Part shown: in pieces, positions 11,250 through 22,459 of the stretch | Layout of the letters: every line of letters begins with the position of its first letter | How positions within the stretch are numbered: the stretch's first letter is position 1 | Source of the DNA: Chromera velia | Taxonomy: Eukaryota | Assembly (NCBI GenBank): GCA_018398765.1 | Contig: JAHBMJ010000518.1 | Coordinates: 1 to 46,143, forward strand | Direction of reading: 5' to 3' | DNA length: 46,143 nucleotides | Translations under genes and position numbers: made by a program | Notes under the pieces: model-generated | What the model saw: the letters and a program-made list of their open reading frames with translations, nothing else | Databases searched by the model: none | Told to the model about the DNA's origin: nothing

Positions 11250-11543
11250 TTTTTAAAGTCATTTTCATTCATGAATCAGAATAATAATTAATAATGATGA
11301 CGCATTATCTAGCGCCTCACGCCGTGGCCACTACTTAGCGGCCTGTTTTTCAATGTACTAGTAGAGTGCGTAGCTAGAGTGTTTGTAGGCTAGGAGGGAT
11401 TTTGAGTACCGGAAACAAACTAACTTGAATGGCTATCATAAAGCAACAGCTAGTGCATGAGCGTCAGAGCAACTCAGTGCTAGCTAGATCTTCACCTATA
11501 TCTGATCTCGATCTCGTGGCCTCATCGACAGAAGGAGTATCAA

Positions 11544-12608
11544 TGTACGGTCTTGCTGCTTGGCCTTTAGATAGGCCAGTTTGATACAGTACTTTCTGCC
11601 TGACTGCAATTGTGCATGCTCGACGTGCGTGCTGTATGCATGTGCATGCATTTTTGCGTCACCTGCGCTCGCTTTGCGCGCAGGCCGTGAAGCTTCGACT
11701 TGGCGCAGATTGACTTGACTTCGTTGGTGCCACTTTACGGCTATTCCCTTCTTTATGAGCGGTAGCGGATAGAAGAGAACCCGTCACCGTGTTGGTGGTC
11801 GAGAAACTTCACATGCTGGTCTTGCTGCTTACGTCCCATCATATCCCGTCCTCTGCTTCTTGGTTGAACTTCTTGACGAGAGACGAGATTCTGTCCCAGA
11901 GCGAAGGTGACAGATCGGAAGAGAGCGCCCGACTCTTGCGTGAAAGTCGGTGCGAAAGCCTGGCTCCGGGTGAAGAGGCTCAGACAAAGCTGCACAGACG
12001 GGGCCGCTTGGAGTGCGTTCCATTCGGTATGCAGGCCTGCCACTTCCACAGGGAAGGGAAGTGCTCCCAGAGCGAAGGGAGGCAAAATGCTTCGAGGGAA
12101 CGGAGAAGTTCGGAAGTGGTTCTCATCCTTGTGGATGAAGTGATCGTTGGTGCTGGTGACGGAATGCGAAGCACCAAGATGAGGTCATGACTACAAGAGA
12201 CGCAAAGAGCAGCTGCCTCTGTCCCTTCCGCCAAGTTGCCGATCGAGATTCTTTTGTGTTGGGAGAGCAAGTGTGAAAGAGTGAATGAGGCTGCCCAGTT
12301 GTCCCGGGAGCTGGCACCACGTAAGAATACGGTCTAGAATCTAGTGTGAACGATACCAGACAGGCAAACGGAAACTTAGTGTTCGTTTACAGAGAAGAAC
12401 TGTCAAACGTACGGTCTTACTTCTTGGCCTTTAAATAGGCCAGTTTGATGCAGTACTTTCTGCCTGACTGCACTCCATCGATCCAATGTGCGTGCTGCAT
12501 GCATGTGCATATGTTTTCGCGTCACTTGCGCTCACTTTGCGCGCAGGCCGTGAAGCTTCGACTTAGCGCGGATTGACTTGACTTTGTTGGTGCCACTTTA
12601 CGGCTATA
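11544..12608 (-). mobile_element. TRIM-like / deleted LTR element remnant (second family)
   Basis: ~200 bp direct repeats at 11545-11744 and 12409-12607. Purine tract AAAGAAGGGA (11745-11754, minus) abuts the left repeat, and a tRNA-like PBS lies at 12302-12319. The ~550 bp interior has no recognisable pol. No TSD found. Confidence 0.7.
12302..12319 (-). other. Putative 18-nt tRNA primer-binding site TGGTGCCAGCTCCCGGGA
   Basis: The plus strand reads TC-CCGGG-AGCTGGC-A-CCA, the layout of a tRNA 3' end (T-stem, acceptor strand, discriminator, CCA). It resembles tRNA-Phe/His-type ends. Confidence 0.6.
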
Positions 12609-13101
12609 GGCTAGAGGTGCCAATTAAGAACATGCAAACCTTTAACTTCAATGCCCCCCCCCTCCCTAGCCCCCCTCCTACCCTCCTCCCCCCATATTAA
12701 AAACTAAATACAAAAACATATATGTTTCCATCATTAGCCTACTAAGCGTCTAAACCCAGCTGCCCCAACACTGGCCAGCAGTAGGCCCAACACTACGATT
12801 GACGCAGGAACTCTCTATATCGAGGTCGATGTCTATGAACAGATTAGTATAATAGGTTAAATAGTTTTCTAATATTAAAATTTTATCATCATTTCAACTT
12901 GAAATTTATTTTCAGCTTGTAAAATACTGCTATAAAATATGTATTTCTCTATATTCTGTGTAAAATTATGAATATATAGGGAACTACTAAGGATATAGAT
13001 AAGGAAAAAAACTATGAACAATTTCAGCTTCTAGTTCACCTTAATTAAGCCATCAATGAAACAAATTCAGTTTCAGACTCAGCTAAAACGATGCAATATG
13101 C

Positions 13102-13317
13102 TAGGCGCCGCACATAGAAAAAAAAAAAGTTGGAGAGATCTATTTTTTTTTTTTATTTCAAGTGCCTTTGAAAGGAAAAAAATCTCTTTCGACTCTCAAA
13201 CTTACTTTTCTACATAGGATGTGTACATGACTTTTGACTTTAAAAAAAAAAAAAAAGAAAAAAAAAAGTTGGGGAGGCCTAATTTTTTTTTTCTTTTTTT
13301 TCTATGTACGGCGCCTA
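13102..13317. mobile_element. MITE (~212 bp) with ~22-bp terminal inverted repeats and TA target-site duplication (Tc1/mariner-type)
   Basis: TA|GGCGCCGCACATAGAAAAAAAA ... TTTTTTTTCTATGTACGGCGCC|TA, with one mismatch in the TIR. AT-rich non-coding interior with an internal direct repeat A(n)GTTGG.GAG..CTA.T(n). Confidence 0.8.
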
Positions 13318-13541
13318 AACAATATATAAGTGCTTCATTTTAGTTTTTTATGTTTTCCTTTAAATACAAAAGCGTGCAGCGGTCATCGCGGGCTTTCCCT
13401 TCTTACGTTCTCCATCGTTTTTGATTCTTTTGCTTTTTTCACGTTTTTTCTTCCTCAACGCTTGCACAATTAACTGGTTTTAATTGATCCGTGCAGTTCA
13501 ATCTGCCTATAAGAATCTGCTGTACTCATTTGATTCCTGGA

Positions 13542-14934
13542 TCACTCTCCAATCCTCCGATGGCGTCTCTTGAATCTGTTGTGATCTGTTCTTGCAGGTG
13601 GGCCCATTGGGGGGCCGTCCGTCAAAAGGGCCGAAGGGTCGGGAGGGGCTCTATGCGTCTCCTTCCTACTCTGTTTGAATCTGGTCTTTTGTCTCTTGGG
13701 GGCTTTCTGTCGCTTTTGGAGATTTACCAGTCTTCCTTGACGATGTCCGTCTCGGACTTGCCTCTCCGATACCTGCAGAGCTTTCATTCCCGTTGGTGCT
13801 GCTGAGTCAGCACTGGAGACGCGGCTTAGTGCGTGAGGAGCCTGACTGCCGTCCCCCGAAATACCTGCCCCTGGCTTGGCACCGAGAGCGACTTCGGAGG
13901 GTGAGTGGGTCTCTGCTCTTGTGATCTGATCGGAGACGCCTGCCCTTCTTTCGACCTCCTTCAAAAGCTTTGAAAGGTCGGACGCCCAGGCGAGAGAGTC
14001 ATCAGAAGTCGTCGTCTTGCCGTCAACTATCTGGACAACAGTCTCTGCACTCTGAGCGGCGTTTCCTGCATGGAACATTTGTAAACGCAGTCATACACAC
14101 ACACACACACACATACACACACACACACAAACAAACAAACAAACAACAAAAACACTCACATCACACACAAGCTTGCGCGCGCACGCACCTTTGCGCAGAT
14201 GCAGTTGTGCACGGCTCGACAAAGAGGCACGCATTCTCTTCCCCTCCCACACACAGCACTATCTATTCCAGGCGGAAGCGCGTATGTCTCCGAATGACTT
14301 CCTTTCAATCCTCCCCCATCCTTGTCGAGGTCATGTTCTATTCACCTACCTTCTGAGCAGACTGCAGCAATTCTGTGTGCCACTGCCCTGAATCTCGGGA
14401 GTTCTCTGCGGATTGTCTTTTGGGAAGAGGACGAGGAGGCTGCATCAAAACATCCAATGTGCATGCACCAGACACACACACTCAATTTAGTACACACACA
14501 CACACACACACACACAACCATACTGGACAAACGGAAAGGGGTGGAACAGAGAGAGAAACAGATTCATTCAAAGAAAAATGAACGGACATGTGCACATCAA
14601 AAATGAACGGGCGCACATGACAATGCACAAGCACGTCTCTCAAAGGGCGACTGAGGTCTCTTTTGTGGACATTGTGACAGACAGGCACATAGGCCTAATT
14701 CTCTTGTGCTGAACTAAATAACAAAAAGACACGATATTGAAAGCAACCAGAAAAAAAATAAAAAACACCGCGAGGAGGAGGAGATGGTAAAAACCAGCTC
14801 AGAGAGCATCCTGAAATGAAATTGAGATTGCAGAAAGCAGATGGACACACCCACACATCTACACACCCTCTCTTTTACCCACTCTCTCTCTCACACACAC
14901 ACACACGCGCGCGCGCGCACGCGCGAGCCGAGAT

Positions 14935-14972
<38 letters not shown>

Positions 14973-17900
14973 TGGGCGAGTGGATGTACGCATGCATGCA
15001 TCCATGCAAAGTTTCCATCCACCAATCTATGATGCATGCATGAATGCATACTCACTCTCGAGTGAACCACGCCCCTCTTAATTCCCTTCCTCCCTGTCCG
15101 TCACTGTCCTTTTCTTCTTCCTTCCACTCCCGCTCCCTCCCTCCCTTCCTTCCTCCCCCCCTCAAACCTCCTCCCTCCATCCTTACCTCCGGGGGACGCG
15201 AGAAGTCCTTCCAGAGTCTTCGCGTAAGTCTGCAGCTCTGCGTATGAGGTCTGTACGGCCTCCTTCGAACTCTCTCGAGCGCCCAGACCTTCCAGGCAAA
15301 AGTCAATCGCCCTGTGTCCGATGCGTTCTGTCAATTTGTCAACTGTTTCCTCCTTCAATTGTGCCCGTTCAGACTCCGCAGCTGCCTGCTCTGTCAGGGA
15401 GACGGCAGCCTTCTGGAGGGCCTCTTTGAACACTCGAGTCCGCCTGAGAAGACCCTGTGCTTCGTCTGCAGCTGCGGAGACGTCAGAAGGCACACCCCTA
15501 CTGACAATTGCCCGGAGACTCTCAGAGACCTCCAATGCACTCACTTCGCTCTCACAGGGTGCAGAGAGAGAGCCCACACCGTCCTTCAACGCGTGCACAT
15601 CCCACCTGAAGGAAGGAAAGCGTGTGTTAATGATTGAGATTTTTTTTTTTTTTTTTCAGCTATTGATGAGCGCCACATTCGAGCATGAACGTAATTTTGT
15701 TGGCACTTCTTATTGGACTCCACAAACTGCTTTCTCAAATCAGCTAGAAGGTGTTGTCTGTGTACTTTGCATTTGGACAGGTTCATTGACACAAATTGAT
15801 GTGTTGCTGCTGATGCGTATGTGTGTTTGTGTAAGAAGATAAGCGTGTATAAGATGAAATGCGTGTACTTGTCTTTCCCCTGGATCCATGCAGTTCTGAA
15901 TTGTCTGTCTCACCATGCATGCAGTCCCCCCCCATACCCAACACACACACACACACCTGAGGGCATTCTGCACCTCTGGGTCCTCTTCTACTCCGGAAGT
16001 CTCCGCGATTTTCTTTTCGAAAGCCGCCAAGCTGTCTAGCGTTCTCTGAAAGATCCCTGAGGGGACTCGGAGGCCCTTCAGGGACTTTATCTTCTCGCAC
16101 TCCTGCACCAGGGTCCGTGCTTCCTCCAGAAGTGACCCTGCGCGGTGTTTTACCTGCAGATCAATCAGCAGATGCATCACATCACATCAGATGCTGCAAT
16201 GTGTGCAGAGCATTTCTTCGATTGTGCGTTTGTTTGGTTTGTTCCTGAGAAACCAGGGAGCGTGGACGCTGGTCTGACATAGACCGAATTTCAAGATTGA
16301 AAATTTTAAAGGAAAGGCCACACACTGTCGTTTGCGCGCACACAGTGTGTTTCTCTTGAACAAAGATACCGTGTCTGAGCCTGCAGAAGAAGAGGAAGAG
16401 GAAGAAGAAGTATATTGAGATGAAAGCAGACCGAGGAGTCGATCAGATCAGATCATTCACGTGTGGTCCTTAACTAAAGAGAGCAGTAGTGTAACGACCA
16501 GCAAGCTAAACAGGCAGACCTCAACGAGAGCAGATGCCAGTTCTTCTAGTTGTGCCTGTCGGTCCTCTGCCTCTCCGGTGTCGCCTGCCAATTTCCCAAA
16601 TCGGAACGCGATGGAGGCGTACAGGGAGGTCATCAGCTCTGCGTCTCTGGGGGTGGCCATGGCTTTGGAGATCAGAAGATCGACAGGGGATTTGGACTGA
16701 GGGTCGCATTCGGTGAGTGCCTCCAGCACAGCCTGCAAGCAGGCAGGAAAGCAGGAAGGAAGGCATTTGAATGAAGATGGGCGCGTGCACCCACGTTCAC
16801 TAGGCACACAGACCAGAAGGACAAACAAATGTACGAACAGAACCAAGCATGGTGGATTCCCACAAGAATACGTCGACAGGGAACAGCAAAGGTTGCTTTC
16901 AACTAAACCGTCCAGAAGGCTCGAGATGAGGAATGAAACACCCTCCCTGCATGTGTGCAACATTCCGAGTGGACACACACACACACACACCCAAACGTGT
17001 GCATGCATGGACGTGCTTCCTGACCTTCAGTGCTTTGTCTGCCCTGGTCTCGTGGATCTTCCCCGGCCCTGGATCTTCTTCGAAGTCTGTCGTTTGTTTT
17101 TGTCTCCTCTTCTTGACCAGAATGTGGTCCAGTCTCTTCTTGACGTTCGAGAGGAGTTGTTTCTGGTCCGATCCTGGGGGGCAAATGTCTGAGGCCAAAG
17201 TCTTCAAGTCACTCTCGATTGCTGCGTCTGCTTGGTCAGCTGTCAACTGCTTCTGCAGGTTTGTTCTTTGCTTCTGGGCCTGGGACGCCTCTGCCTGCCG
17301 AGCTACAGACAGGAGATGACCCATCACCCGGATCCGAGGATGGCTCCAATAGGGGGAGTAGAAGTCGGCCTGCTGGTAGGGGTAGGAGAAAGTCGGGTAA
17401 GAATAGGGATACCCAGGGAGGGGCGCATAGGGGTAAGATGAATTGAGCCGGTAGGGGTAGGGATAAGGATAAGGAGGGGAGTAGCGTCGATAGGAAGTTG
17501 AAGAAGAAGAAGAGGACGTCGAGGGGGGGCTGAGAGAGGGGGTGGGTGGCTGTTTGGACTCTGGAGGTCCCCGGCCTAAAGCAAAAGGACCCCAACCATT
17601 GGGCCCCCACCATCTTTGTGTCTGCGTCTGTGTCTGTGTCTTGCTCACCAGAGCCGTTCTATTGGGGGATTGGTTCAAGTTTCCATGCGGGGGACCGCTC
17701 TCTCCGTCTTCCACCAGACCGTCCGGTCCCGAATGGCCCTGTTGTGCGTCGTCGTGCATCTGACGGTCGTCCGAGTCCCAGGGGGCACCTGGCCCCATAC
17801 CACCAGTCGGGGGCTCCTCGTGCTCACCCTGCCACCCCCACAGACGGTCTATTGAGGCAAAGAGGCCTGGCTGTGCATTCCGGTCCAAAAAAGGGGCAGG

Positions 17901-18095
17901 GGCATCTTGGTGTTTCCATTCTTCTCTGTCTGTGCTTGTGCTTGTGGGCAGGCTCCCTTGGGAAGAGTCTCCGTGGAGATCCGCGGTGGAGTCATTTTCC
18001 CGTGACTCGCCACCAAGAGCTCCTCCCCTGGCAGGACAAAGAAAAACCAGACAGAACAGAAGATAGAGACCCTGGAACGTTACGCTTGTACTCAT
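13542..18095 (-). CDS. ~837 aa putative secreted protein of unknown function (signal peptide, Pro/Tyr-rich segment, long helical region); exons 18095-17025, 16732-16520, 16153-15957, 15605-15187, 14439-14350, 14065-13542
   Basis: N-terminal hydrophobic GLYLLFCLVFLCPARGG. GT-AG introns of phases 0,0,2,1,1 join into one open frame of 2514 nt ending in TGA. Confidence 0.75.
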
Positions 18096-19047
18096 TCCTC
18101 AGTGTGTATTCTTTCCTCTGGCCCTCTCTGTCGGTTTATTTTCTTGGTTGGTGTCGATATTGCATCATCGACAGGCAGACTGACAGACTGACTGACTGAT
18201 GTTGAAGAAGAGGAAAGGTGTCAAACAGTACACATTATACACTTCCTTCAAACGGCAAAAATCTGCAGGGAGCCTTAGATTCTGGTTGCGCTTCGGCTTG
18301 CAAATCCTTGGGTCCCCTTTGCTGACAGATGCTTTTGCAGGATTGAGAGGCAGCCGGCACTCTACTGATGATGAGCAATCTGTATATACAATAAATACAT
18401 GCATGCGCTTCCTTGCGTACTGTCCGTCTGTTTGTGTGTGAACTCTTTGTTAATGAAAGCGCCTGGTGTGGATCTCTTCTTCCTACTTGCATCGGGAGAA
18501 CTGGATCGCTGAACCGCAGCTAGTGGTCTTTATACAGGCGTCCTATATGCATGTAATAAAGAAGCTGCAGCTATCACAAGAAAATGAACACTGAGCATGC
18601 ATGGCAGCACGTATCGGTGTGACGAGCCCGTGCACGACCTCTTCTGATGCATGAGCGGGGCCGCCTGGGCCCCCTATAGCTTTGCATAGGGCCCCGGCAA
18701 AAATTTAAACAGAAGCCGATTAATTTTCAATGATCGCGTAATATTCGGCTAATGATTACATGCACAATTGAAGATTCAATCCTATTAATTTTATAGGTGC
18801 AATACATTCACGTTCCTGCAACTGCATGGACTTGTGTCGTTGAACAGCCATGATTTCCTGACTGCAGAGATCAACTGCGACGTGCATCTGCCTGTGAGTT
18901 TGTTATGATGCATGAATATTTGAAATCGAAGTGCGCGAAGCCACGATGGAAGTAAGGTGACCAAGTGTCAAGCAACAGTATTCGGTCTTCCAAGTGCTGA
19001 ATTTCAGTGACGAAGAGAGGAAGCCCTTTCCGCGGGCTTCGTGCCAG

Positions 19048-22000
19048 ATGTGTCGCTTCTTTCGATCCCAGTTGTGTTTCCTCCCCGCGGCAGTTCTCTT
19101 TGTCCTGACAAGCAGCAGCAGAGCCGCCTCTGTCAGTGATGCCAAGCTGCCCGAAGGTAAGACAGTCTCCGTTGTTCTTGCTCGATTCACTATGTGTTTG
19201 CGCGCACTTCCGCCTCACAGACGGCTTTGTCTAGCTCTTCGTTCCGTCTATGTTGCTCTTCTCTCCTGATCTCCCCTTCCCTTCAGACATCTTCGGAGAC
19301 GCAGACGCATTCCTGGAGCTTCTGCACCCGTCGGCACAGCAGCAGAATGGAAGGAAGGAGACAGAAGAGGATCGGAAAGGTAATCGCCAGGCAGATGCAT
19401 GCACATCAATCAGAGAGACAGGAAGATACGCAAGAGGTGTGACGTTGCTTTCCTGCCCTTTGAACCGCCTGACCTAGAAGTATTGTATGGAAAGGGAATA
19501 CTGCCAGTTATCTTGGATCGACGCCCTCTTATTTATGCATGTGCACGAACGGGTTCGAGTTTGGGGACGAAGTGATGCTGTCCAGTGACCTCACAGAAAG
19601 CCCCATGAGAGGCCAAGAAGGAGCCGGCACGAGGAAGGAAATATTAGCCTGGTAGCAGGCAAGCAGCTTTCTGACTAGAGGGTTCGAGGGAGAAGGGAGG
19701 AACGGAGGCTTAAAGGTTCACCCCCCAGTTCACCCCCCACCCTCTGTGCGCGCACAAAGTTCCTTGAATTCATTATTTCATCAATTTATTAATTAATTAA
19801 TGAATTGACTGCATGCATGTAGGTGTCCCCAATCCGTGTGTCGAAGACGGGATCAGGCTGGATGTGGAGGGCGAAGGGTCGGGATCGTCTCTGGTCCTTG
19901 CGGCTTTCTCTTATCTCTCCGGACCCTCTGTCTGCGCATCTCTGTGCGTGGAGGCGAAGGAGTGTGACGTGTATTCGTTTGACAGTGGCGGGGGGAGGTG
20001 TCACCTCCTTCGAGTGGCAGCAGACGGAGACGGAGACGGAATTCTCGGCCTGCCTGTAGTGAAGCAAAAGGGGGGAAGGGTGGGATTGAGGACGTGTTGC
20101 TTAGACAAGGGAGATGTTCAGGGGGATCAATTTGAGGTTCTCTCATCGGAAACTGAGAGAAAACTCCCTTTTGTCTCGCCTCTCTTCTGCCGCCTTGCGT
20201 GTCAGTCATCTCAATCGGGACGGGGTCAGGGTCAGGGAAATGAAGAGGAATCGAACGATGAGTGCGTGTACTGGAGATTCGACTCAGTCGCTGATGGGGG
20301 AAGCTGCACTCTCTTTTTCGGTCCCGTCTCCGTCTCCTCCTTTAATGAGGAAGAAGGTCCCGTCTCCGTCTCCTCCTTTAATGAGGAAGAAGGTCCCGTC
20401 TCCATCTCCTCCTTTAATGAGGAAGAAGCGGAAGAAAAGCGAGGAGAAGAGTCCTCAGAGACAGGGGGGGGGAAGGTCTTCATTGGTAGAGTGCTATGCG
20501 ACAGTCAGGGGCCAGAGAACAAAAAACGGCCCTCAGGTGTTTTCTCTTCTTCCTCTGAAGAGGATGCCGCGGCCCTTCCTTCCTTCTCAGAGGACCTCAA
20601 AGAAGCCTTGGGGGTCCTCTCACAGCTCATCGGGGGAACTGGAGGACAGCAAGGTCACCAGAAACAGTCGGGAGAAGACAAAAGCCAGAACACACACTCG
20701 GGGGTTGATGAGAGCTCTGCGCAGATGCCAACAACAGCCACGGTGAATTCCCCCGATGCGAGTTTCCCTTCCTCTGGTGTCGTTCTTCTTCAGGGAATCC
20801 GGAGGGAGAGACAGAGGGAGCTCCAGGCTGAGCCTGAGGCTGCAGCGGCAGAGGGGGAAGAGGGGTCGGACCCGTGTCGTCGATTGTGTGAGGCAGAACC
20901 GGTCCCTGTGTGCGGGACGGACGGAGAGACGTACATCAACGCCTGTCTCCTACAGGCGGACGCGGAGTGTCGGGGGACGGGTGTGACTGTTGCGTATTTG
21001 GGAGAATGTTCTGAAGAGGAGACGGGGGGGGGGACGGAAATGATGGCAGACACGTTGACTTACATTTTGTTGGGGGCTGTGGGGCTGGTCGCTCTCACAC
21101 TGGGAGTGGGGGCTGTGGTGACGATGAGATCCAAAAATGAGGCGACCAGACAGAGACTGAAAGCCGGAAAGATTCTCACTGTCATCGTTCAGGTCTGTCT
21201 GTCTGTCTGTCTGTGATCTCTATTATCAGCCTCCTGCCTCCCCCCCCCCTTTCTCTCTCTGCCTCTTTCTTCTTCAACCGGCCTAGCTGCTGAGTTCTGG
21301 TCAACGCTTCGTGTTCATGTCAACAGCACAGGTAGTGCCCTTCCATCCGTCTTGATAAAGAAATCCGTCGATCAACTTGTGTCTCTGCGAGTGACATGCA
21401 GCGATTCTTTCTTTATCTGCGCTCGAAATTTTGATCTGCCCCCTTCTCTCTTTCATGTGGCTTGACGGCATGCCCCGTTTCGTTTCACATTGTTGGTACA
21501 TCCATCATGCCCCCCACCCATGCACCGTCAATGTCAATGACCGTTCGTCCAGCCTGATGCCTGCCTTCGTTCATCCTGCACGCGTGTAGTGATCAGCTGC
21601 GCATGAACTAGACGTAGGTATACACTTAAGTATCTTCTATCTATCTATCTGTTGCATGCATGCACATGATGCAGATTTTTGACGTGACCACCGACATCGT
21701 TTTCTTGTTCGTGCTCGCCGAGTCGCGAATGTTCCTCCTGATGGGCATCGCCGCGGGGCACTTCGCTCTGTACGTGATCATCAACGCTCTCGTGCTGCAC
21801 AGGCAAGTCGACCGATTGATCAATTAATCAATCGATGTGATGGATATGTTGCGGGAGGGATTGATGGATCGATCCATCAGATGCACCCGCAGCAGCAGCA
21901 CGGGGAGAGAGGGGAGGAGATTGGGGGGGAGGATGAATTCAGAGCAAGGTGGGAGGGGCAGGCCCGACCCGTTTTTTTGTGTTTTCGTGACTCTTTGAGG

Positions 22001-22343
22001 GGATTGCGCAGATGATAAATGCATCTAGCTGTGTATTCAAAGCATTTGTTCTTGCGCCGCGTGCCCACATTGTATTAACATCTTGTTTGAACAGATTTTT
22101 GAGGACATCCCCGGAGGCCGCCAGAAGAAAACGAGCAACAACTTGTGATTTCAGGACAAACCTTTCTATCTTTTGTCTGCCTGCCTGTTCAACTGCGTGC
22201 AGATTCTTGAGGAACCATGTGGTCGACTCTGAGTGGTTCCAACGGGTCCACCACACTCCTCTCTTTTCGGCCGTGCTGGTTTTCTCAGCTCTCGGCTTGA
22301 GGACGTTCAATATTGTCGACACAGGTGGGCTCGTGAGCGTGGG

Positions 22344-22385
<42 letters not shown>

Positions 22386-22420
22386 GTGTGTAAGTGTCTG
22401 TGTGTGTGTGTGCGTGTGTG

Positions 22421-22459
<39 letters not shown>

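Noticed and set aside
11753..12270. Overlapping ORFs inside the TRIM-like element
   Set aside because: No recognisable gag, pol or chromodomain motifs in any frame, so not called as genes.
12290..12325. tRNA-like sequence ending in CCA
   Set aside because: Only the 3' 18 nt is tRNA-like, with no D or anticodon arms. Better explained as a primer-binding site.
18655..18705. GC-rich hairpin (GGGCCCCCTAT...ATAGGGCCCC) in the divergent promoter gap
   Set aside because: Single short imperfect palindrome with no second copy or element boundaries, so no function can be supported.
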